The position numbers were made by a program, and so were the translations under genes. Below the pieces are notes generated by a model. It was not told the DNA's origin. It was given only the letters and a program-made list of their open reading frames with translations, and made no database searches. Of a stretch of 64,000 bases of DNA, positions 28,068-36,838 are shown one piece after another. Position 1 is the stretch's first letter; every line of letters starts with the position of its first letter. This DNA comes from Desulfobacterales bacterium (lineage in GTDB: Bacteria; Desulfobacterota; Desulfobacteria; Desulfobacterales; SpSt-501). Location of the stretch: NCBI GenBank assembly GCA_041736435.1, contig JBGSTS010000223.1:1169-65168 (forward strand), in the 5' to 3' direction.

Positions 28068-29444
28068 ATGGCCACACACCTAAACCATATCGTCGTTGCC
28101 ACGGATGAGAAGATCCATGTCTTCTCCCCCGGCGGTTTCAGGTCAAACGCCAGTCCGGTTGAATTTTCCCTTGAGGAGATCTCAAGCCTACCAACAGGTA
28201 TGGAACGACTACCGGGATACGGCAAGAACGGGGCAAGAACCCTTTTGGTAGTCCCTGATCTCTGGCTGAAACAAGAATTCTTTGCGTTTCAGTCGCAGAA
28301 AAATGCCCTCGTCAACGCATTCTTGGAAAGAAAGCTCAAGGCCGCCTACCCTCACCTACCACAAATTAACCGATTCTTCACATTCTCGCTTAAGGAACCG
28401 TCCACTGAAGAGCGTGGAGTCACCGTTTTTTTCCTCCAGGAGCAAAAAGCCTTTCTTCTGAATGGCTTTCTCGCCCGGGCAAAGCTTCGGCCGCAATGGA
28501 TCACGACACCGGCCCTGCTATGGGCGGAGCGTCTTCTGAAAATCGAGCGGGACTTCAAAAACCAAGGAGTGCTGCTGGTGGATCTCCGGCAGGAGCAGGT
28601 TTTCTTGTACTTTTTTTCCCGAGGGGAGTTCCTTTTCTCCCGCCGATTGGCATTGGCCGACGGGAGCGGCCGGTGGGAGAGCCTGCTTTTCGAGATCAAC
28701 CAGTCGATCTACCTTTATGCGCAAAAAGCAAAATCGGTGCTCAACAAGATCTGTGTCGCCGGCGATATCGAAGCATTACAAAAAAGCTTGTCGGGAAAGC
28801 TGGACATTCCGATTCACCGCCTTGAGCCGGAAGGCAACGGAACGTCGCTGCCGCGAGATCTCTCATTCCTGGAGGGGGTGTGGTCCTCCAGCGGCATCGG
28901 GATACCATCCGAGGTTTATAGCATAACAGATAGAACGATTCGCCACGAACTGAAGTGGAAGCCGGTGCAATGGTGCGGCATCTTAACTGCAGCTGTTTCG
29001 ATCATCGCCTTCTCCAGCGTCAATCTTTGGTTAGACAGCCTTCTGCAAGACAAGTTGCGAATCCAGGCGGCATTGATGGAAAAGCATTCCCAACCTCTGG
29101 CCGAAATCGAGCAGGCTCTGGATGCTCTCACCCATCGAGCCGGACACACACCCACAGCTCATGCGCTCATGCACCTCGACGCCGCACTGCCGGAATCCAT
29201 GCTGATCAGGGAGGTTAAGATCAACCACGAGACCTCAAGCATGGAACTGTCGGCAGCCATCACCGCTGACCACATCGACCGGTTTCGCCAATCCATGAAG
29301 CTGTTTGCGGATAATTTGAGCCGGCAGCTCGACTTGAACCGCGCGATCACCATCGAAGACATGGCCTTTCAAGTAGATGATTTGAAGGTAAATAATGGTG
29401 GTAAGACTACGTATCGCATTTCACTAAAGGCAATAATTCCATGA
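28068..29444 (+). CDS. MshI/GspL-like assembly protein (PilM-type actin-like cytoplasmic domain + TM + PilN-like periplasmic part)
   Basis: VLLVDLRQEQVFLYFFSRGEFLFSRRLAL...ICVAGD (PilM-like), one TM segment (WCGILTAAVSIIAFSSVNLWL), and a periplasmic tail. Size and position match the MSHA gene order. The track start at 28056 is TTG; I prefer ATG 28068. Confidence 0.55.
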   Translation: MATHLNHIVVATDEKIHVFSPGGFRSNASPVEFSLEEISSLPTGMERLPGYGKNGARTLLVVPDLWLKQEFFAFQSQKNALVNAFLERKLKAAYPHLPQINRFFTFSLKEPSTEERGVTVFFLQEQKAFLLNGFLARAKLRPQWITTPALLWAERLLKIERDFKNQGVLLVDLRQEQVFLYFFSRGEFLFSRRLALADGSGRWESLLFEINQSIYLYAQKAKSVLNKICVAGDIEALQKSLSGKLDIPIHRLEPEGNGTSLPRDLSFLEGVWSSSGIGIPSEVYSITDRTIRHELKWKPVQWCGILTAAVSIIAFSSVNLWLDSLLQDKLRIQAALMEKHSQPLAEIEQALDALTHRAGHTPTAHALMHLDAALPESMLIREVKINHETSSMELSAAITADHIDRFRQSMKLFADNLSRQLDLNRAITIEDMAFQVDDLKVNNGGKTTYRISLKAIIP

Positions 29445-29992
29445 CCTCATTTGCGAAAAACAGGTGGGCCTGGGCCGGCGTCATCTGGTTGACGGCGGTT
29501 GCCATCGCCTTTTGGAATCATCAGAAGATTGATTCAATCCTGTCTGTCGACACCCAAAACCAGGCATTGCAGCAGGAAATTGTGTTCCTTCAGCAGCACG
29601 GACGCAGGCTTGAGAGCATTCAACAGGAGTATGCGAAGCTGTTTCTACCGGTCGAATCCGTTCAACTGGGCGTATTGTCCGCCCAGAGCGCCATATGTGA
29701 ACTCGCAGGCGCACTTGAGTTGGCATCCCCGCAATTCACGACTGCACCGATTGCCAGAGGGGATGAAACGGCCGGCCTGAATATTGCTTTGGAAGGCCCG
29801 CTGGAAAAAATCACGCTCTTTCTATCGGGCATTACCAGGCTCCAATACCTGGAAGAGAAACATTCCACCATCAAAATCGAATTGGAACGCAACGAGGCCA
29901 AGTGCGATCTTTCCATGGTGATACGTTGCCGTTTGCAAAGCGGGCGTGAAAAGCCTCTGGTGCGCAGGGCGGAACCAACTTCGGCACTATGA
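29441..29992 (+). CDS. MshJ/PilO/GspM-like bitopic assembly protein
   Basis: N-terminal TM (WAWAGVIWLTAVAIAFW), a coiled coil, then a small periplasmic domain. ATGA overlap with the upstream gene. Confidence 0.45.
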   Translation: MTSFAKNRWAWAGVIWLTAVAIAFWNHQKIDSILSVDTQNQALQQEIVFLQQHGRRLESIQQEYAKLFLPVESVQLGVLSAQSAICELAGALELASPQFTTAPIARGDETAGLNIALEGPLEKITLFLSGITRLQYLEEKHSTIKIELERNEAKCDLSMVIRCRLQSGREKPLVRRAEPTSAL

Positions 29993-30005
29993 AGGTTGAT
30001 TCCAT

Positions 30006-30539
30006 ATGAGCCTCGGCTTCACAAACCGTTGGATGTACATGATTGCGTGGCTGTTGGCGACAGTCATTCTGTGGGGCATCGGCCTCGGCAAGCTGGCTGA
30101 GTTGGATTATCGGCCGATGATCCATAACAGCTCCTCCGTGAACATGCTCCGCCTCAAACTGAACCAATTGGATCAGCTCGCATCCAAACGCAACCATCTT
30201 TCGGCCGGTCTGGGCGACCTCTCGAAAGCATCCGCCTCTATGCCGCAGCTTTCAACTAAAATAGAGAGCCACGGCTCCAATGAAGCTCAGGCAAAGCCTG
30301 CAATACCAGCACCGTCTTCTCCTCTGTTCCGAATTTCGGGCATCATCCGGGCAACGACCGATCCGGGCAGGCATTTTTATTCTGCGCTGATCGAGGGCAA
30401 ACTGTATTCGCCCAAGGAGCGCATCTCCGACTTTCTTATCGAGAACATCTCCTCGAGCGGGATCATGATCTCAGGTCAAGGGCAGCGTTGGTTCATTCCC
30501 GCACCCGATGTTTACTACTCAATTCATCGATCGCCATAA
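30006..30539 (+). CDS. MshK/PilP/GspC-like small bitopic protein
   Basis: N-terminal TM (WMYMIAWLLATVILWGIGL), a low-complexity linker, and a C-terminal beta-rich segment (FRISGIIRAT...ALIEGKLYSPKERISDFLIENISSSGIMISGQGQ) like PilP/GspC HR domains. Confidence 0.4.
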   Translation: MSLGFTNRWMYMIAWLLATVILWGIGLGKLAELDYRPMIHNSSSVNMLRLKLNQLDQLASKRNHLSAGLGDLSKASASMPQLSTKIESHGSNEAQAKPAIPAPSSPLFRISGIIRATTDPGRHFYSALIEGKLYSPKERISDFLIENISSSGIMISGQGQRWFIPAPDVYYSIHRSP

Positions 30540-30546
30540 GGGATTT

Positions 30547-32073
30547 ATGCAAATGGTTGTACGAAACCGACTTGGTGTTTGGACGGCAGGGGCTCATTGC
30601 TTGCTCCTTCTGTTGGGGGCCACTGTTTTTCTGGGCGCATGCGCGACTCCTCCGCCAAGACCTGTCTCGAATCAAGAACTCGACACCGTGAAGCCCTCAC
30701 GCGCTATCGAAAGGGAAAAGCAAAAACTCATCGCAAAGCCGGTTCCAACTGACGAGATTCCCCCGCCGTCAGCACCGAAACCCGCAGCTCCTCCGCGCTT
30801 GTATTCGCTTATCTTTCAAAAAGCCGCCTTAGGAGAGGTACTGGCCGCTCTAATGAAAGACACGGACTATAATCTAACCGTCGAGGCCGACATCGATTTA
30901 TCCCGCAGCGTGACCGTACGGATCAACAAAGTCACTTTGCCCGAAGCGTTGGACATGATCGTCGTCAACGGCGCCGGCTACGCCTGGAGCATCGCTGAAG
31001 ACACGCTGCAAATCCAACGCTTCATGGAAAAAGTGTATCACCTGGATCACCTCGATCTGACCGGAGAAACCGTCATCGAGGTCGGGGGAGACCTGCTGGC
31101 GTCGGGCGTCAACAGCACCAGCGTCGCTGGCAAGTACCAGGTCAAAGCGAAGCGGCCCGAACAAAGCTCTGACTTATGGCTGGCCTTAACCGAGGCGCTT
31201 GAGGGCCTCAAATCACCGGACGGATCACTACGGATCAACCGCAACTCAGGTGTAATATTAATGGCTGACACGCCGCGGCGGATCAACTCCATGGTGCGCT
31301 TTCTGGATTCAATTAGCGAGTCGTTGCATCGCCAGGTATTCATCGAAGCCAAGATTGTGGAGGTCATTCTCAAGGACGATCAAAAGACCGGCATCGATTG
31401 GACCAAATTGAATATCGACTTCACATCCGGATCGGCGTTTCTACCGGATATCTTCACGCTTGATTTTAATACGGATGGAAGCATTACCAAAAGCAACACA
31501 TCACGGCTCTCGGCCGTGTTGGACTTTTTGCGAACCCAGGGCGATGTTTCGGTGATCGCAAGCCCACACATTTCAGCGATCAATCGACAGCCGGCAGTGC
31601 TCACCGTAGGCTCCCAGTTCCCTTACAGCGATATCGATGGGGTCGACCGAGATCTGGAATCGGGGTTTGTCACGATAGGCACCTCGATCAAACGGGCGCT
31701 TCTTGGCGTTCAGCTGGGCATAACGCCTTTGATCTCAAGCGACGGAATGGTAACCATGCACATCGTCCCTACGCTGACGCGCATCCAGCGAGAGGTCGAG
31801 GTCCAGATCCCCACCGCCGGCGTTGCCGCCAATCAGACCATCAGCAACCCGGTGATCGACCTCCAGGAGCTTGCAACAATGGTCCGGGTCCGCGGTGGCC
31901 AATCGGTTGTGTTGGCGGGACTAATCAGCAAGCTCAGGAAATTGAATCATGAAGGGCTTCCACTTTTAGGAGACCTTCCCTTCCTGGGGAAACTTTTCAA
32001 GCGAATGGTCACTTCGGAGGAGAGCGTTGAGCTGGTTATCATTATTACTCCGCATATCAAAGACGTCAGATAA
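30547..32073 (+). CDS. secretin (GspD/PilQ/MshL family), predicted lipoprotein
   Basis: Start set at ATG 30547, after the upstream stop at 30539. Lipobox-like VFLGAC. Secretin core: PAVLTVGSQFPY..., NPVIDLQELATMVRVRGGQSVVLAGLI, GLPLLGDLPFLGKLFK...ELVIIITPHI. Confidence 0.85.
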   Translation: MQMVVRNRLGVWTAGAHCLLLLLGATVFLGACATPPPRPVSNQELDTVKPSRAIEREKQKLIAKPVPTDEIPPPSAPKPAAPPRLYSLIFQKAALGEVLAALMKDTDYNLTVEADIDLSRSVTVRINKVTLPEALDMIVVNGAGYAWSIAEDTLQIQRFMEKVYHLDHLDLTGETVIEVGGDLLASGVNSTSVAGKYQVKAKRPEQSSDLWLALTEALEGLKSPDGSLRINRNSGVILMADTPRRINSMVRFLDSISESLHRQVFIEAKIVEVILKDDQKTGIDWTKLNIDFTSGSAFLPDIFTLDFNTDGSITKSNTSRLSAVLDFLRTQGDVSVIASPHISAINRQPAVLTVGSQFPYSDIDGVDRDLESGFVTIGTSIKRALLGVQLGITPLISSDGMVTMHIVPTLTRIQREVEVQIPTAGVAANQTISNPVIDLQELATMVRVRGGQSVVLAGLISKLRKLNHEGLPLLGDLPFLGKLFKRMVTSEESVELVIIITPHIKDVR

Positions 32074-32195
32074 TTATGCCGATTTCTCCCTTCATTATTT
32101 CCGGCAACCCACACTCAAGTTTTCTGCAGGTCGGCCGATAAACCTATAAAGAATTCGATTCGGTATTTTAATGACAAGATGAGGAGAACCCGATC

Positions 32196-32771
32196 ATGAA
32201 AACTTGGAACGAGTTCAGCAAAAACCAGAAAGGCTTCACGCTGGTGGAGATTGCTATCGTGTTGGTGATCATCGGTTTGCTGGTTGGAGGGGTATTGAAG
32301 GGCCAGGCGATGATCCAGAATGCCAAGGTCAAAAAGATCGTCAAAATGGCTGATGAACTAAGGGCTGGTTTGATGACTTTTTACGACAAATATGGGATGT
32401 ATCCGGGCGATGAAAACCAAGCCACCCCGCCCGGCGACGCATTCAATGGGGACGGAAACGGTCGCATCGATGCCGCCGAGCGCTTTGAGGTGTTTCGGGA
32501 CCTGGGTCTGGCGGGGTTGATCAGTGGCACTTACACCGGCACCCAAGCCCCCAACCATCCGTTTGGAGGGATAACGGATATCGTCTGGGTCAACCCTCCT
32601 GGCGCCACGACCCCAGCGGCTCATTACATCCGGTTTTATGATCTCCCGGCGGATGTTTGTCTGGAAATCGACACGAAATACGACGACGGAAACTACCAGA
32701 CCGGATCGATCTTGGGCAGCGGTGCCTACAACCCTGGGGCCAACATCGCAACTTTGTACATGTTGTTCTGA
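32196..32771 (+). CDS. prepilin-type N-terminal methylation-domain protein, GspG-like major (pseudo)pilin
   Basis: Leader MKTWNEFSKNQKG | FTLVEIAIVLVIIGLL (G-1, F+1, E+5), then GQAMIQNAKVKKIVKMADELRAGLMTFYDKYGMYPGD like GspG. An EF-hand-like loop NGDGNGRIDAAE is at 32445-32480. Confidence 0.8.
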   Translation: MKTWNEFSKNQKGFTLVEIAIVLVIIGLLVGGVLKGQAMIQNAKVKKIVKMADELRAGLMTFYDKYGMYPGDENQATPPGDAFNGDGNGRIDAAERFEVFRDLGLAGLISGTYTGTQAPNHPFGGITDIVWVNPPGATTPAAHYIRFYDLPADVCLEIDTKYDDGNYQTGSILGSGAYNPGANIATLYMLF

Positions 32772-32782
32772 AAGACAGGGTC

Positions 32783-33679
32783 GTGTCTGCTGTGCACTCC
32801 AACCCTACCACCCGACGCCTTTGGATCCCTTGCGGCCAGCAGGGTTTCACCTTGATCGAAATCGCGGTCGTCATGGTGATCATCGGCCTGCTGACCGGCG
32901 GCGGGGTCTCCTTGATGCGCTCGCTCACGGAACGTAAAGCCCGCAATGAGACCGTTTCCTACCTCAAGGACGTCCGTATAGCCTTGATCAGCTACGCCGA
33001 AAAAACCGGCCGTCTGCCTTGGGCAGACAGCGATAGCGACGGCAGCGAGAACTCCGGGATTGCAGGCGGCCTTTTACCCTATTTGACCTTGCAGATACCG
33101 CCTATGGATGCGTATTCCAGGCATCTGCGGTATGCGGTCAACACCAATTTAGGTAATAACCGGGCATCCACCTGCTCCGCCCTGCGCGCCGGGCTGAGCG
33201 GTATCCCCCAGGTCGTGGATGCCGACGGGGTCTCCGCACCTTTGTCGATCGCACTGATGCTCATCAGCGCCGGACCCATGGATGCCGACGGCGACGGCAA
33301 CGTGTTCGACCGAGCGACCACCGGCACGCACCAGGGAGACAACACCGACGGCACACCCAACTATCTTCGACACCCTCCTACCACCGGTTTTGACGATCTG
33401 GCCCTATACATCACAGGTAACGAGCTCTACGGTTTTGTATGCGAGTTCCTATCGGTTGCCGTCAACAACCACACCGGCTCGACGGTGTATGTCCATGATT
33501 CCAATCGAGGGATCGATCTGGGAAGTTTGCCGGGTTCGGGTTCGAATGTATACGATGTGCTTTCCGGAATTCGTTTGGAGCTGCGCAGCGGATCGGGCGG
33601 AAGTGGTGCGATCGTGAATTCAACCCCCCCCACGCCGATCGCCTTAGCCGGGCGGGGAGTCACCATCACGCTCCCGTGA
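32783..33679 (+). CDS. second prepilin-like protein (~298 aa) with DxDxDG-type acidic loops
   Basis: ...CGQQG | FTLIEIAVVMVIIGLL. Start is GTG 32783 (or 32792), as there is no in-frame ATG before the cleavage motif. The body carries DSDSDGSEN and DADGDGNV loops. Confidence 0.65.
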   Translation: MSAVHSNPTTRRLWIPCGQQGFTLIEIAVVMVIIGLLTGGGVSLMRSLTERKARNETVSYLKDVRIALISYAEKTGRLPWADSDSDGSENSGIAGGLLPYLTLQIPPMDAYSRHLRYAVNTNLGNNRASTCSALRAGLSGIPQVVDADGVSAPLSIALMLISAGPMDADGDGNVFDRATTGTHQGDNTDGTPNYLRHPPTTGFDDLALYITGNELYGFVCEFLSVAVNNHTGSTVYVHDSNRGIDLGSLPGSGSNVYDVLSGIRLELRSGSGGSGAIVNSTPPTPIALAGRGVTITLP

Positions 33680-33683
33680 TGAT

Positions 33684-34901
33684 TCAGTAGGCTTTTCCCA
33701 CCTGCCCAAGAACGTCATACAAGGGCAGCAGGATCGATAAGACGATTAACCCGAATACTCCCCCCAAGGACAGGATGGCAATCGGCTCGATCGAGTTGAC
33801 TAGAACCTGGACGGAACGCTGCACCTCTTTGTCGTAGTATTCGCCCATCCGTTTGAAGGACGCTTCGATTGTGCCCGTGGTTTCCCCGTTGCGCATGGCC
33901 CCGACCAACAACGAAGGAAAGGCTCCGGTTTTTTCGAAGGCATCGGCAATTGATTCCCCTCGCCCCACCTCCTGATGTGCTTCATTTAGCTTGTTTTCCA
34001 CATACCGATTCCCCAGGGTGCGGTGAGCCACCGTTTTGAATATATTGTTGATGTTCATCCCGGCACTGAGCATGGTCGCAAAATTTTGGCAAAGGCGTGT
34101 CAGGCAGATGTAATTCGAGATTCGTCCAAAAACCGGCAGTCGCAGCAGATAACGATCGATGGCTATAGCTCCGGATTCAGTCCTGCGATATACGAACCCA
34201 CAACACGCAGCCAAGACCAGGGCCAGCGCCAATAGATGCCATTGGGCTTTGACGAAGCTGCTGGCGTCGAGCATGAGCAAGGTCACACCGGGGAGTGCGA
34301 CTCCCATTTCGGCGAGCACGCTGACCATTTGGGGTAGAACATAACCGATCCAGACCCCGATGACCGCCACGATGGCAAAGAGAATGAAGGCCGGGTAAAG
34401 AATGGCTTTTTTAAAGACGGCCCGCAGGCCATCCTTCCATTCGTGGTAGGCTGCCAGGTCTTTAAGGCATTTCGGGAGGACGCCCGTCTTTTCGCCCATC
34501 CCAACCATGGCAATATCGAGTGGCTGAAATACCATGGGGTAGCGGCCCATCGCCTCCTGCAGGCTATTGCCCCGTTCCAACGCGAACTGCATTTCGTTTA
34601 CGACTTTCTTCAACAACGGCGAAGGCAGAGAACGCCCAATTTCATCCAGGCTGGAAATGATCGGAAGGCCGATCTCAACCGACTGTGCGAAGCGATGATA
34701 GAATTCGATCAGCATTTTGGCGCGCGGACGCCGTCGGCTGATACCCTCCAACCGGAAACGTTTGTGTGAGGCTGACGCAGTGACCAGGAACAGGCCGATG
34801 CGCTCAAGCTCCTGCTCAACATCCGATTCTGCGGCCGTGTTGATCTCGCCTTTGACCAACCGGCCGGCATTGTTGATAGCCTTGTATTGAAAGCTAGTCA
34901 T
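33684..34901 (-). CDS. type II secretion / type IV pilus platform protein (GspF/PilC/MshG family)
   Basis: 405 aa, two T2SSF repeats, three TM segments (typical ...FYHRFAQSVEIGLPI..., ...LCQNFATMLSAGMNI...). Confidence 0.9.
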   Translation of the reverse strand: MTSFQYKAINNAGRLVKGEINTAAESDVEQELERIGLFLVTASASHKRFRLEGISRRRPRAKMLIEFYHRFAQSVEIGLPIISSLDEIGRSLPSPLLKKVVNEMQFALERGNSLQEAMGRYPMVFQPLDIAMVGMGEKTGVLPKCLKDLAAYHEWKDGLRAVFKKAILYPAFILFAIVAVIGVWIGYVLPQMVSVLAEMGVALPGVTLLMLDASSFVKAQWHLLALALVLAACCGFVYRRTESGAIAIDRYLLRLPVFGRISNYICLTRLCQNFATMLSAGMNINNIFKTVAHRTLGNRYVENKLNEAHQEVGRGESIADAFEKTGAFPSLLVGAMRNGETTGTIEASFKRMGEYYDKEVQRSVQVLVNSIEPIAILSLGGVFGLIVLSILLPLYDVLGQVGKAY

Positions 34902-36543
34902 GTTTCACAATCACCCTAGCGACCTCTTTCAAGGACGTCAAATGCCGGGCCACCTTTTTGATCGCCTGTTCGTACATGAGAGTTGCACCCGCCTTGGCGG
35001 CCGCAGCGCGGATGTCATCTTGCAACCCTCCAGTGACTATCAGGCCCGCAATAATTCGATCAACCTGGATGACTTCATAAACGGCTGTCCGACCGCGATA
35101 CCCCGCGTGACAAGACTCGCAACCGGCTGCCTGCGCCAGATCGGAGGGCACGGCCGCCCCAACCGATTCAAACAGCCTGGCTTCATCCGCGGTGGTCGCT
35201 CTTTGTGTGGCGCATTTGGGACAAAGGAGTCGGACAAGCCGCTGAGCCAGAACCATCGTGAGAGAGGATGCCAGTACCCCCGCGTTCACGCCGAGATCAA
35301 GCATGCGATTGATCGCCGAAGCGGCATCGTTGGTGTGCAGGGTCGACAGCACCAGGTGCCCTGTGAGCGAGGCTTGCAAGGCAAGATCGGCGGTTTCCTT
35401 ATCACGGATTTCACCCACCAGGATCAGGTCAGGGTCCTGCCGCAAGGCGGATCGCAAGGCATTGCCAAAGCTCAGCCCGGCCTTGGCATTGACCGCCGTT
35501 TGCCGGATGGTAGGGATGTTGTACTCAATGGGGTCTTCAACCGTCATGCAGTTGATGCTCGGGTGGTTGACGGTCATCAAGGCACAATACAAGGTGGTCG
35601 TCTTCCCAGACCCCGTCGGCCCGGTTGTCAGCACTAACCCGTAGGGGCGCCGAATGGCATCCTCGAAGCGACACAGATCTTTGTCTTCAAACCCGAGGTC
35701 TTTCAGGTCTTTGGCTAAATTGGTGTGGATCAGAAGTCGCATAACCAGGGTTTCGCCGAGTTGGGTGGGAAAGGTCGAAACCCGGATGTCAAATTCACCT
35801 GCCCTTCCCTTGTATCGAATGCGGCCGTCATGGGGGATGTTAGGATTGGAGATGTCCATGTCGGCCATGATCTTGTAGCGGGTCAGCAGCGGTTGCTGGA
35901 AGGCCTTTGCGAAAAGATGCTTTTGGTGCAACACCCCGTCGATCCGGTAGTTGATACGAACCAGATTGGCGTCGGGAACGATGTGGATATCACTAGCGCC
36001 TAACACTCTGCCCTTTTCAATCAGCAGGTTGGACAGGTTGACAATTTGATCGTCTTTGAAGGCCTGCGAAGCATGATGTGCAAAACTGATCGCTTCGATC
36101 TCATTGTCGATGGTTTGAGCTGTTTTGTAGTAAAGGTCGGTCGCATTCGCTATCCACGCCTTACGGGCGATATAGGTTTTAACCCGACAGCCTGTGAGCC
36201 GTTCAAGTTTATCCCGGGCTATGACGTCGAACGGATTGCTCGTGGCTACGCTGAGGCAGTTGTCTTCGCGGGCAAAAGGAAGCATTCCGTGTTCAATAAT
36301 TATCTCAGATGGAATTTGCGCCAAAAGCGATGCATCGACCATAACATGGTCGATGTCCAAGATTTGAGCGCCACTTTGCACGGCGATGGCCATCTGAAGG
36401 TCTTCCTCGGTCACCCAGTCCAACCGACGGAGGACATCGCCCAGCATGGCCCCGGTTTTCTGGCTTTCCATCAAGGCCATTTTCAACTGGTCATGAGCAA
36501 TGAAGCCCATATCGATTAGGATATCGCCGATTCTTTTTTTCAT
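34894..36543 (-). CDS. GspE/PilB/MshE-family assembly ATPase with T2SSE_N / MshEN-like N-terminal domain
   Basis: Walker A GPTGSGKTTT, Asp box, Walker B ILVGEIRD, His box LVLSTLHTND, and tetracysteine CPKC...CESC. N-terminus is RIGDILIDMGFIAHDQLKMALMESQ + MLGDVLRRLDWVTEEDLQMAIAVQ. ATG 36543 is preferred over GTG 36555. Confidence 0.9.
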   Translation of the reverse strand: MKKRIGDILIDMGFIAHDQLKMALMESQKTGAMLGDVLRRLDWVTEEDLQMAIAVQSGAQILDIDHVMVDASLLAQIPSEIIIEHGMLPFAREDNCLSVATSNPFDVIARDKLERLTGCRVKTYIARKAWIANATDLYYKTAQTIDNEIEAISFAHHASQAFKDDQIVNLSNLLIEKGRVLGASDIHIVPDANLVRINYRIDGVLHQKHLFAKAFQQPLLTRYKIMADMDISNPNIPHDGRIRYKGRAGEFDIRVSTFPTQLGETLVMRLLIHTNLAKDLKDLGFEDKDLCRFEDAIRRPYGLVLTTGPTGSGKTTTLYCALMTVNHPSINCMTVEDPIEYNIPTIRQTAVNAKAGLSFGNALRSALRQDPDLILVGEIRDKETADLALQASLTGHLVLSTLHTNDAASAINRMLDLGVNAGVLASSLTMVLAQRLVRLLCPKCATQRATTADEARLFESVGAAVPSDLAQAAGCESCHAGYRGRTAVYEVIQVDRIIAGLIVTGGLQDDIRAAAAKAGATLMYEQAIKKVARHLTSLKEVARVIVKHD

Positions 36544-36670
36544 TTTTATTCCCACTGCAACGACTGTATTTACTCTGGAGTTTTTGCCGAAAGCCTTTCG
36601 CCTGGGTTTGTTAGTTAGCTGAAAGATAGCTATTAGACCTTGAAGCGCATCTGTCCGAAATGGCTAATAA

Positions 36671-36686
36671 GCAATTATGGTGCCAT
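36671..36686 (-). promoter_or_regulatory. candidate sigma54 (-24/-12) promoter TGGCAC-CATAA-TTGCT upstream of the ATPase/platform operon
   Basis: The reverse complement of 36671-36686 reads TGGCACCATAATTGC(T), a full match to TGGCAC-N5-TTGCW. Lies about 128 nt upstream of ATG 36543. Confidence 0.6.
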
Positions 36687-36838
36687 AACGAAGAGGAGTC
36701 GGACAAGCCAGGCAAATGGCTCTTATCTGTCTGTAGTTACTCTCTATTCTGAGATTATAATTGGTTGGATGGGAAGGAACATCCCAGGCCACAGGAAGAG
36801 GCAAAATGATGACGCTTAAATTGGGATATCTGCCCCGT

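Noticed and set aside
32074-32195. sigma54 promoter directly upstream of the major pilin gene, as is common for pilA genes
   Set aside because: No TGGCAC-N5-TTGC-like element is present in this 122-nt spacer. The pilin genes are more likely transcribed from the promoter at 27956 or from an unrecognised sigma70 promoter.
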